Virus record (IMG/VR): IMGVR_UViG_2565956611_000003
Location: 1 to 15,035 of that record
Length of the DNA stretch: 15,035 nucleotides
DNA from: a virus
Taxonomy: Duplodnaviria > Heunggongvirae > Uroviricota > Caudoviricetes
Direction: 5' to 3' (one strand)
Shown here: in pieces, positions 8,228 through 15,035 of the stretch
Position numbering within the stretch: the stretch's first letter is position 1
Layout: the number at the start of each line of letters is the position of its first letter
Position numbers and translations under genes: made by a program
Notes under the pieces: generated by a model
What the model was told of the DNA's origin: nothing
Database searches by the model: none
The model's input: only the letters and a program-made list of their open reading frames with translations

Positions 8228-8621
8228 CGTGCTGACCCGTCTGCTGTTTTGCCCTGTTCAGTGCGTCAGTGGCCTGCCCCTGCTGGCCTTTTTTGCCGCC
8301 CGGTCGCGCTGTTCGCGCACTGATCACGCTGTCTGCGATAACCTGCCAGCCCTGCCGCGTTTCGCCGTTCTGGCCTGTCCACTGGCTTACCTGCATGTTA
8401 CCCGCCACGCTCACCAGTTCGCCTTTGTGGTGTTTTGCCAGTGCGTCGGCCTGTCTGCCAAACGCCAGGACGGATAACCACATCATCGCCGTTCCGTCAT
8501 CTGCCTGGCTGCACGGAAGGGGGACCGCCATACTAGCCATCGTCATTTGTGTACCCTTGCTGGTGGTCTTTAACTGCGGGTCAGCCACCAGCCGCCCGTA
8601 AGCCGCTATCTGTGCTGTCAT
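8196..8621 (-). CDS. ssb: Single-stranded DNA-binding protein (SSB-like, OB-fold) with acidic C-terminal tip
   Basis: 141 aa. The C-terminus ends ...DDPYGDNIPF, resembling the conserved SSB tail (DDDIPF). The N-terminal region aligns by eye to the SSB OB-fold (IAAYGRLVADPQL...; WLSVLAFGRQADALAKHHKGELVSVAGNMQVSQWTGQNGETRQGWQV). ATGA overlap with the upstream ORF. Confidence 0.7.
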   Translation of the reverse strand: MTAQIAAYGRLVADPQLKTTSKGTQMTMASMAVPLPCSQADDGTAMMWLSVLAFGRQADALAKHHKGELVSVAGNMQVSQWTGQNGETRQGWQVIADSVISARTARPGGKKGQQGQATDALNRAKQQTGQHDDPYGDNIPF

Positions 8622-8863
8622 GCTGTCTGCTCTCCGGTTTTAACGTTGATGGTTGTCACCTGTTCCGCTTCGGCAATCTCCCGTTCTGTCAGCGTGGCAA
8701 AGTTTGCAGCTGCCGTTGTCATGAATGCGCTAATCAGTTCGGGATGTGCTTTCGCATATCCTTCCCCGGCGTTGCGGTCGATGATTTTTATCGACACCCT
8801 TAACCAGTGTTCCGTCAAATCAAGGGCGTGCGATTGTGATTTTTTTGTGTGCTTCGCTGTCAT
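8618..8863 (-). CDS. Hypothetical protein (81 aa), first gene of the operon leaving the iteron region
   Basis: ATG at 8863; translationally coupled to ssb (ATGA). No family recognised. Confidence 0.45.
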   Translation of the reverse strand: MTAKHTKKSQSHALDLTEHWLRVSIKIIDRNAGEGYAKAHPELISAFMTTAAANFATLTEREIAEAEQVTTINVKTGEQTA

Positions 8864-8908
8864 AGGCTTTATCTCACAGCAGTAAATTAAAATTTTTGCG
8901 TTTTAACC

Positions 8909-9136
8909 CTTCACCTGTTCACCTTTTGATATTTTCCATTTAAATTCATACTGTTAAGGGGTGAACAGTTTCACAAAAACTATTCACCAACTGTTCACCA
9001 CTGTTCACCCTTGAAGCTCAATAAACAACCAAAAAGGTGAACAGTGAATAGTTTGGTGAACAGTTCATAAATAACTGTTCACCCTATAATATACTGATAT
9101 AAAAGATAATTATGACAGGCTGAACAGTGGTGAACA
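8909..9136. repeat. Iteron array / candidate origin of replication (P4-type TGTTCACC octamers plus AT-rich segment)
   Basis: Eight perfect octamers: TGTTCACC at 8916, 8992, 9002, 9076 and the reverse complement GGTGAACA at 8960, 9036, 9055, 9129. Degenerate copies near 8909, 8981, 9044, 9119. AT-rich stretch with TATAAT at 9085-9118. Lies directly 3' of the primase/helicase gene. Confidence 0.8.
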
Positions 9137-9150
9137 GTTATTCAATAAGT

Positions 9151-10968
9151 TTAATTTTTGCTATCGTCATTAGTGACCGATACACATGATGGCATCCAGT
9201 CTTCTGATTCCTCCGTCAGTGTCACGTTTGAACGAAAACCGTGCTTCGTTTTCCGTTTCATATACTCCCTGCCATATTCCGCCATTGCCCCCGGCATATC
9301 TTTACCGAAGCGCGTCAGTGTTACAGGTTTACCAAACCCATGTGCCCTCATATAAGCCAGATAGGCATGATAGAGATACCTGCGTGGGCTGAATGGCACA
9401 ATTTCAGCATTACCCACTAACAGGCCATCACACATTACCGACGCCATGAGATAGCCGCAGAAGTCCACCAGCGAATCCCCCTCTCGCTTTATCGCCAGTG
9501 CTTCTTCAGATTTCTGCTGCTCATATAACAGGCGTCTGGCTTCGTCCTGGTCAGCAAACCGTGTAAGCAGATGGCGAATCACTACCGCCAGCTCACCTTC
9601 TATTTTTTCCGCCAGCATTGGATCGCGTTCGTTCTCCGGTACAACTTCCGAAAAATTGAATATCACCCGACGACGTGAGATCCCCCCGCTGCGGTCACTG
9701 AATGACATGGCGTTATTGTTAACCGCCAGCACTACTGCCGGAATACGCGTTGAGTAGGGGGCTTTGTGTTTCGGGTCAATTGCCACCTTGTCACCGCCTG
9801 TAATAGCCTTAATCCCTGCCCCATCACCAGCGTAGCGGGTCATATCCGGCATGATAATCAGCGAAAAGCCAACCACTAACGCGCGTTCCCTTGCATCTTC
9901 CAGCGCCTTCATGCTTGCCGATACTGTGTTGGCCTTACCCGCCAGCATGGTGCAAATCTCCGCCATCACGCTTTTACCACTTCCCCCTGGACCTGTTACC
10001 TCAATGAATAACTGCCAGTCGTACCGGTTCGCCAGCACCATGAATAATGCAGCCAGTACGCGATCCGCCTTGCGGTCATTCTCAGCCACCGAACGGCGTA
10101 ACCACTTCCAGAAATTCGGCGCATGTGTTGCCAGCGTTTCCCCCTCTGCTGGTGGGCTGAAAGGTAATTCACTGGCAATTAACAACCAGTCGTTTTTGTT
10201 ATGCTCCCGAAAATTACCTGTTCTGGTATCAAATACCCCGTTACTGAATCCAATCAGGTTACGGGCTGTATTCCCCATTACAGGCAAACTTAACTTCATG
10301 GTATCGACCGCCGATTTAATGGCGTTCTGCGAATAGCTGATCTCCGCATCAATGAAAATCTGTGCCATAGCTCGCTGTAATTCTTTATCCTGTACTGGCT
10401 CCCATACAACGCCGTTGTAATGGTGAACAGTGTCAGAGTCAGCATGAATCGCCAGTTCACCGCCATAATGTGCCAGGAGAACTTCGCCGCGTTGACTTGC
10501 TCCCATCTGGTTAAGCGCCAGTGATGAAGCGTTATCGTCTTTTACCCGCTCTTTTTTCTTTACAGGCAGTTCAACTACCTTTTTCTTTTCCGCCTGCTCT
10601 GCCCGTTCACGTTCCAGATATTCGCGCCAGTTCTCCCGTTTCTGGCTGTGCATTCCTTCAGGGTAATAATCAGCATCCCTGACACCTGCCACTGCCAGTT
10701 TCTGCCCGATGGTATTAACAAGCCCCGGACGCAATAACCCCGCCTGATAGAGACGCACGCGATAGCGTCCGTCCGATACGATTTGCAGGTTGTCCAGTTC
10801 GGCAAGTTGTTGCTCTCCAAGCCAGACAGGTGGCACGTTATCGCCAGCCAGTCGCCCGTCCTGTTCCTGCCACTGTTTCGCATGTGCCCACGCATCACTA
10901 CCCGCAAAAATGATGACTTCCGTCATTTTGTCACGCGGCTGGTGTTTTAAATTTGGCGCTTTTTTCAT
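9151..10968 (-). CDS. Replication initiator, primase/helicase type (P4 alpha-like / D5-like SF3 helicase with Walker A)
   Basis: About 605 aa from ATG 10968 (SD GGAGAGAG upstream; ATGA overlap with the preceding ORF). Walker A motif TGPGGSGKS mid-protein; large multi-domain protein next to the iterons. The ORF-track start at 10983 is GTG. Confidence 0.8.
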   Translation of the reverse strand: MKKAPNLKHQPRDKMTEVIIFAGSDAWAHAKQWQEQDGRLAGDNVPPVWLGEQQLAELDNLQIVSDGRYRVRLYQAGLLRPGLVNTIGQKLAVAGVRDADYYPEGMHSQKRENWREYLERERAEQAEKKKVVELPVKKKERVKDDNASSLALNQMGASQRGEVLLAHYGGELAIHADSDTVHHYNGVVWEPVQDKELQRAMAQIFIDAEISYSQNAIKSAVDTMKLSLPVMGNTARNLIGFSNGVFDTRTGNFREHNKNDWLLIASELPFSPPAEGETLATHAPNFWKWLRRSVAENDRKADRVLAALFMVLANRYDWQLFIEVTGPGGSGKSVMAEICTMLAGKANTVSASMKALEDARERALVVGFSLIIMPDMTRYAGDGAGIKAITGGDKVAIDPKHKAPYSTRIPAVVLAVNNNAMSFSDRSGGISRRRVIFNFSEVVPENERDPMLAEKIEGELAVVIRHLLTRFADQDEARRLLYEQQKSEEALAIKREGDSLVDFCGYLMASVMCDGLLVGNAEIVPFSPRRYLYHAYLAYMRAHGFGKPVTLTRFGKDMPGAMAEYGREYMKRKTKHGFRSNVTLTEESEDWMPSCVSVTNDDSKN

Positions 10969-11264
10969 TTCTGCTCTCTCCACGCGGCAATCATGTTTTT
11001 TAGTTCCTGTAGTTTTTTATCAACATCCATACATGACACATGGTTATTTCTGGAAAGCGGGATTTCCCGACTGAATCTGCTAATAAAGATCTCCACGTTC
11101 AGCGAACTAAGAAATGAATAGCCATCACGGATAAAATACACACGGTCAAACATCAGTTCTTTTACCGTTACTCTGTTACCGTTCTTATCCAGATAAATAG
11201 CGCCGGGGATAATTTGGGGGTGTGCATAACCGCTGGCAGTCAAGCCAGATAAATACGTTCTCAT
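10965..11264 (-). CDS. Hypothetical protein (99 aa)
   Basis: ATG at 11264; stop overlaps the primase start (ATGA). Moderately AT-rich. No family recognised. Confidence 0.5.
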   Translation of the reverse strand: MRTYLSGLTASGYAHPQIIPGAIYLDKNGNRVTVKELMFDRVYFIRDGYSFLSSLNVEIFISRFSREIPLSRNNHVSCMDVDKKLQELKNMIAAWREQK

Positions 11265-11270
11265 GATTAT

Positions 11271-11591
11271 TTATCCCCGATTTGAATCAGTATTCGCTTT
11301 CTTTATAGCATTTAATGCATCTGTGGCATTTTCAATGGTGCACCGTAACGAAATATCAAAATGTCCAAGCATTGCCAGTAACAAACCGATATTACCCATA
11401 TCAATGCGCATGGCCTTTTCGTCATAGTCCTCATTTTCTGACGCATGCCACATCAGGCTACCAATTGACGCAACAGCCATTGATATATTGTCAGTAGCCC
11501 CATCCGCAGCGGAATAAACCTTTTTAGCAATATCATGCTCACAGTTAAAATGCGGATTAATCAGGTACTGGTAATTTGACATATCAGGCAT
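11271..11591 (-). CDS. Hypothetical protein (106 aa)
   Basis: ATG at 11591 preceded by a G7 run acting as SD; 6-nt gap to the next ORF. No family recognised. Confidence 0.5.
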   Translation of the reverse strand: MPDMSNYQYLINPHFNCEHDIAKKVYSAADGATDNISMAVASIGSLMWHASENEDYDEKAMRIDMGNIGLLLAMLGHFDISLRCTIENATDALNAIKKANTDSNRG

Positions 11592-11787
11592 GGCACCCCC
11601 CCTGACGAATACGGGCGGCGAATACCATCACGCAGCCAGCCGGGGATTGCTGGCGTGCTTCCTGTTCGCTGCTGGCCTCAATGGTAATCACGCGCGGTTG
11701 TGCCGTGCTCAGGGCGATAAAACGCCAGATGTATTTATTCAGGTTGTACGAGTCCCGCCCTTGCGGGTGTATGGTATGATTTCTCAT
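11584..11787 (-). CDS. Hypothetical small protein (67 aa from the internal ATG; ORF-track version starts at a TTG at 11877)
   Basis: ATG at 11787 with GAGG SD. First gene after the leftward promoter. The 3' end contains the G7 tract and overlaps the next gene by 8 nt; it may be the N-terminal part of a frameshifted longer gene. Confidence 0.4.
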   Translation of the reverse strand: MRNHTIHPQGRDSYNLNKYIWRFIALSTAQPRVITIEASSEQEARQQSPAGCVMVFAARIRQGGCHA

Positions 11788-11885
11788 AGCTGCCTCGATA
11801 CTCTCGTTATCGTTGGTGGTTAGACGCCCCGTATGTGTTTCCGGCACTGCGGGGCGTTGCTCTTTGTATTTCAACAATCCTTTCG

Positions 11886-11963
11886 GTGTGTTTCATGTTA
11901 TGAGCGCATGAAACACACGTCAAGGCTTTTTGTATTTCTTTTTTTGTGTATACTGAAACACAC
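11886..11963. promoter_or_regulatory. Divergent promoter/operator region with three TGAAACACAC sites
   Basis: Perfect 12-bp inverted repeat GTGTGTTTCATG (11886-11897) / CATGAAACACAC (11907-11918) overlaps a leftward TTGACG-17-TAACAT promoter (-35 at 11923-11918, -10 at 11900-11895, minus strand). A third TGAAACACAC (11954-11963) overlaps a rightward TATACT -10 (11949-11954) upstream of the 11985 gene. Confidence 0.5.
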
Positions 11964-11984
11964 CGATGATTAGGAGTTTCAGAA

Positions 11985-12290
11985 ATGGCAACGGCTAACA
12001 AAAACGCAAAATCACAACTGACAACTGTCAGAGTCCCACTAGATGTTATGCAAGGGATGGAATCCGTTAAGCTGGACGGCGAAAGCAATGCCGGATTTAT
12101 CGTAACCGCCATGCGCGGAGAAATAGCCCGCCGCCAAGCAGAAGGCAGCGGAGAAAATCCCCTTGTGTCGTCACTGGATGCCCTGGCTAAGGTCGAACAA
12201 ATCGGCATCAAAGCAGCGGAAGAAATCGGGCAGCTTGTCACCGTTGCACGCGAAGAACTCCAGCGTCGCAAGACCAAAGAACCAGAGTAA
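11985..12290 (+). CDS. Putative small DNA-binding regulator (101 aa; possible ribbon-helix-helix type)
   Basis: ATG 11985 with AGGAG 8 nt upstream; typical enterobacterial codon usage. N-terminal QLTTVRVPLDVMQGM resembles a beta-strand-then-helix RHH start; this is a weak inference. Convergent with alpA. Confidence 0.55.
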   Translation: MATANKNAKSQLTTVRVPLDVMQGMESVKLDGESNAGFIVTAMRGEIARRQAEGSGENPLVSSLDALAKVEQIGIKAAEEIGQLVTVAREELQRRKTKEPE

Positions 12291-12332
12291 TCACCATCAG
12301 CGCCGTGGTGTAAGGTATTACGGCGCATTGCT

Positions 12333-12521
12333 ATGCAGGACAACACAATGACCGATAAAGAATTGACCAAAACATTATCACCGGCACGGAAAAGACGGCG
12401 CAGAAAGATAGAGCATGAATCAGAAAGATTCGCGCCATGTGCTTTTGCTCTTGAGAAATTCCTTAAAGAGCACAGGAAAAAGCTCTCGTTGCAAACCTTG
12501 GAACGAACCAAATCTGACTGA
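12333..12521 (+). CDS. Hypothetical basic small protein (62 aa), doubtful
   Basis: Follows the 101-aa gene and precedes the 12590 terminator; contains an RKRRRRK stretch. Weak SD and several rare codons (AGA, AGG, CGG, ATA). Confidence 0.3.
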   Translation: MQDNTMTDKELTKTLSPARKRRRRKIEHESERFAPCAFALEKFLKEHRKKLSLQTLERTKSD

Positions 12522-12589
12522 TCACATTGCCCACCAGCCGCAAATGTGGCATTGTTGGTGATGCGTTCAAGTTTAGTGTGTATCCATTG

Positions 12590-12618
12590 GCGACCGCCCC
12601 CGGTCGTCTTTGTTTTAT
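12590..12618 (+). terminator. Rho-independent terminator for the plus-strand operon
   Basis: Stem CGACCG (12591-12596), loop CCCC, CGGTCG (12601-12606), followed by TCTTTGTTTT. No U-run on the opposite strand. Confidence 0.6.
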
Positions 12619-12635
12619 ATGTCATATGCTCCCCT

Positions 12636-12860
12636 TTACGCTGCCTTACCTGAATTAACGCGGTCACGGCTTTGCACCCAGTCCATAACTTCGGAAAGCA
12701 ACCAGCCTACAGAACGCCCCCCAAGATTACGGCGAGACGGAAAGCCCCCTTTCTTCTCCAGTTCGTAGCGTGTAGTACGGCTGACGCCTGTTAACTTACG
12801 ACATTCATCCTCACGAATTACGCGATCTGTTAGTGATTGAAATTGTGTATTTTGATTCAT
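12636..12860 (-). CDS. alpA: AlpA-family prophage transcriptional regulator (small HTH excisionase-like activator)
   Basis: 74 aa (MNQNTQFQSLTDRVIREDECRKLTGVSRTTRYELEKKGGFPSRRNLGGRSVGWLLSEVMDWVQ...) matches the AlpA/CP4-57 regulator pattern. ATG at 12860 with GAGGG SD. Position near the integrase is typical. Confidence 0.85.
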   Translation of the reverse strand: MNQNTQFQSLTDRVIREDECRKLTGVSRTTRYELEKKGGFPSRRNLGGRSVGWLLSEVMDWVQSRDRVNSGKAA

Positions 12861-12892
12861 AAAAACACCCTCGAACGTAACCGAACAAGGGC

Positions 12893-12920
12893 ATCTTATT
12901 TACCATAGCAGTTGGTGCAA
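12893..12920 (-). promoter_or_regulatory. Candidate sigma70 promoter for alpA
   Basis: Minus-strand TTGCAC (12920-12915), 16-bp spacer, TAAGAT (12898-12893), about 30 nt upstream of the alpA ATG. Confidence 0.35.
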
Positions 12921-12963
12921 TATTGGAAAAATAAACTTTATTCTAATTTATCGTTCTCCATGA

Positions 12964-13818
12964 TTAATTTTCATTAGATAACATTTTTCTTATTTTTTCT
13001 AAAGAATCGCTGCGCATTATTTTTTCTAAGAAGGGTTTTACAGTCTGAGCAATAGCAAAGGTGTCCTTTTCACCATCAGGATACAAAGATACGGCAAGCA
13101 CCCCTAATGAAATTTTTCTATCTGTAGACAACTCCCAAGATAATAAGTCAATTAATGGGATTATCTTATAATCAATAATTTTACGTCGTATGCTCTCCCA
13201 ACTTCCTGCAATTGGTTTGTCTGGCTCAACAATTGAAAGTTCACTACGCCATTTTGGTAATAGTTTTGTAAACGCTTCAATCAACTCATCATCTCTGTTA
13301 TGTAGTAAGTCAACAGAAACAAGCATATTATCTAATGTATCAGAAAGGAGATTCACTGGTTCACGCATCACAGCCCAAAACATCCCATTATCTTCTGATA
13401 TTAAACTTCCAACCATCTCATTATCTATGATGATTGGTTTATCCTTCCAATATCCTCTTTCCGCAGTCAGTTTATTAATCATTGATATATCAAACCTTGT
13501 TACAGGTTTAATTCCATCATCATAACTTAGCTCAATTAACTTCGGTTGCACTTTATGGTCATATTCTTTTTGTTTATCACAAAACCAATCGTCTTCTTTC
13601 AGCTCTCCAAATGGATCCCCGTAATTATTATGCAACGGGTATTCAGCACCAAACATAAATCCATATTCAGGCATCTCAGAATGTTTCATCGTTAAATCAT
13701 CTTGTCGCCAATATAATTGGCGAAATAGATCTTTATCCGACAAGTTTTCTAGGCAATCATATTTGCCTAAATCAAATGACTTTGGTAAATCTTTTTTACT
13801 ATTTACTTTTTTCGTCAT
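12964..13818 (-). CDS. Hypothetical protein (284 aa), AT-rich cargo gene between integrase and alpA
   Basis: ATG at 13818 overlaps the integrase stop (ATGA) with GAGGG SD. Markedly AT-rich compared with int and alpA. Acidic, soluble-looking protein; no family or catalytic motif recognised. Confidence 0.7.
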   Translation of the reverse strand: MTKKVNSKKDLPKSFDLGKYDCLENLSDKDLFRQLYWRQDDLTMKHSEMPEYGFMFGAEYPLHNNYGDPFGELKEDDWFCDKQKEYDHKVQPKLIELSYDDGIKPVTRFDISMINKLTAERGYWKDKPIIIDNEMVGSLISEDNGMFWAVMREPVNLLSDTLDNMLVSVDLLHNRDDELIEAFTKLLPKWRSELSIVEPDKPIAGSWESIRRKIIDYKIIPLIDLLSWELSTDRKISLGVLAVSLYPDGEKDTFAIAQTVKPFLEKIMRSDSLEKIRKMLSNEN

Positions 13819-15035
13819 TGTATCCCTCTCAATATCACAATATTTTCATTATATCCTGCAATCATATCAAGACGCTCAACCCATAGATTCAGTGCGTCCC
13901 GTTTCGCCTGCAAATAGCGTGAATGGTTATAGGTTTTTTGCTGACCTGGCATCTGATGCGCTGTGATGTGCTCCACGATATGCGGATCGACACCTAAATC
14001 ATTCAGCATAGTTGTAAACGTGTGTCGGAAATCATGCAGCGTCCAGTGTTCCTGCTTAAGCCGCTTATGCGCATTTCGTCCATATTGCGCCACCGTGGTA
14101 TCTTTTTTCAGTTCGCCGAGTAATAACCCAGTGTGTGCGTTTTGCTCCACCAGCTTCTGAATGAACGGCAAAATACCATCAGGAATAGGTCGGAATATTG
14201 TTACCTTCGTTTTGCTGTGCTCTTTTGGCACTGTCCACAACATTTCTTTCAGATCCCATTCTTTGATCTCTGAAAGTCTGATCTCTGCCGTTCTGCACCC
14301 GAACACAATTAACAAGCGCATTAACGCACTGTAATAGGGAGCGAACACATCACCATCAATAGCGCGTAGAATTTCTTTTAGTTCGCTGTTGCTGTGCACT
14401 CTCTCGCGGATTTCTGCTCTCTTACCCACATCAGTAACGATCAAATCGTCCAGGGCGTTGCTAAACGCGTAGCGCCGCCTGCGGCAAAACTTTAGCGCCT
14501 GTTTGCATGTCTGCATGACATGGCCCGCTGCTACTGGTGCTTTTTTTCGTACGCGGTCAAAACATGCGATCCACTGCCTTGTATCACACTTATCAAGGGG
14601 AATTGCCCCAATATGGCAAATGATGTGCTTATCCATACGCTGCACCAGCTTTATGTAATCTTTGCGGTTATCCTTCGCGTATTCCTCCAGCCAGTAGTTA
14701 ATCGCTTCCTTCACCGTAACGGGTTTTAGTGCTTCCTGTACTGTGGCGCACAACTCATAACGGGGGTTTTTACCCTCAGCCAGCCATGCCCGGCACAGTG
14801 TGCGTTTTTCCCTTGCGGCTTTCAGCGACAATTCAGGGTAAGCCCCCAGCTTTAACCGCTCTGCGGCAACCTCACGGCCTCCCGTTCGGTACCGGAAATA
14901 CCAGGTTAATTTGCCGCCCTTTGAGTGTTTAATCTCCAGCCCGCCCCCGTCGGAGTAAAAACGCTCTTTTTCTGCCTGGACAGCCGCCAATTTTTTTAAC
15001 GTCGAATCGCTCAGTTTGTTTAGTGCTTTTCCCAC
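13815..15035 (-). CDS. int: Tyrosine integrase, P4 family (5' end at or just beyond the window edge)
   Basis: 406 aa read to the window edge. C-terminal catalytic region with LHDFRHTF (HxxR) and a downstream Tyr (KTYNHSRYL). The N-terminal region (LSDSTLKKL...LGAYPELSLKAAREKR) resembles P4-type integrase arm-binding domains. The first codon in the window is GTG. Confidence 0.9.
   Translation of the reverse strand: MGKALNKLSDSTLKKLAAVQAEKERFYSDGGGLEIKHSKGGKLTWYFRYRTGGREVAAERLKLGAYPELSLKAAREKRTLCRAWLAEGKNPRYELCATVQEALKPVTVKEAINYWLEEYAKDNRKDYIKLVQRMDKHIICHIGAIPLDKCDTRQWIACFDRVRKKAPVAAGHVMQTCKQALKFCRRRRYAFSNALDDLIVTDVGKRAEIRERVHSNSELKEILRAIDGDVFAPYYSALMRLLIVFGCRTAEIRLSEIKEWDLKEMLWTVPKEHSKTKVTIFRPIPDGILPFIQKLVEQNAHTGLLLGELKKDTTVAQYGRNAHKRLKQEHWTLHDFRHTFTTMLNDLGVDPHIVEHITAHQMPGQQKTYNHSRYLQAKRDALNLWVERLDMIAGYNENIVILRGIQ

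Larger units (their letters stand above)
790..15035 (-). mobile_element. Integrated satellite-type element (cfPICI-like): P4-family integrase, AlpA, iteron origin, primase/helicase, HK97-type capsid and packaging genes, no tail genes seen. Boundaries not determined; the right end runs past the window.
   Basis: Co-linear minus-strand gene set int / alpA / replication module / head and terminase module; ATGA-type start-stop overlaps link many gene pairs; AT-rich cargo genes at module junctions. Confidence 0.6.

Noticed and set aside
8909-9136. Possible CRISPR array, given the many short repeats
   Set aside because: The repeats are 8-bp octamers in both orientations with irregular short spacing, and no cas genes are present. 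This is an iteron array, not a CRISPR array.
9851-10336. 161-aa plus-strand ORF inside the primase/helicase gene
   Set aside because: Antisense to a well-supported long gene; Ser/Ala/Leu-rich with no start context.
11807-12667. 286-aa minus-strand ORF spanning the alpA-proximal region
   Set aside because: Ser/Cys/Arg-rich composition that does not look protein-like; it lies antisense to the better-supported plus-strand 101-aa gene (strong SD, good codon usage) and crosses a plus-strand terminator. Most likely a chance antisense ORF.
1-15035. tRNA or tmRNA gene as integration target inside the window
   Set aside because: No cloverleaf-like arrangement or conserved T-loop or anticodon-stem pattern recognised by eye. 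The integrase-proximal att and tRNA are expected beyond the right edge of the window.

Overview
Almost the whole window reads as one integrated, satellite-type mobile element of an enterobacterial genome, with nearly all genes on the minus strand. From the right edge leftwards it carries: a P4-family tyrosine integrase (5' end at or beyond the window edge), an AT-rich 284-aa cargo gene translationally coupled to the integrase stop, an AlpA-family regulator, a divergent promoter/operator region with three copies of TGAAACACAC, a small plus-strand operon convergent with alpA, three small ORFs, a primase/helicase-type replication initiator, an iteron array (eight perfect TGTTCACC octamers plus an AT-rich stretch), an SSB-like gene, an isolated AT-rich 168-aa gene on the plus strand, and a complete HK97-type head and packaging module (major capsid, prohead protease, portal, gp6-like connector, HNH endonuclease, TerS, TerL). 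No tail genes are visible. This matches what has been described as capsid-forming phage-inducible chromosomal islands (cfPICI). The most interesting candidates for undescribed function are the two AT-rich cargo genes (12964-13818 and 7389-7895); I cannot assign either to a known family. All calls come from reading the sequence and ORF translations by eye; no searches or computations were run, and base-composition statements are visual estimates.
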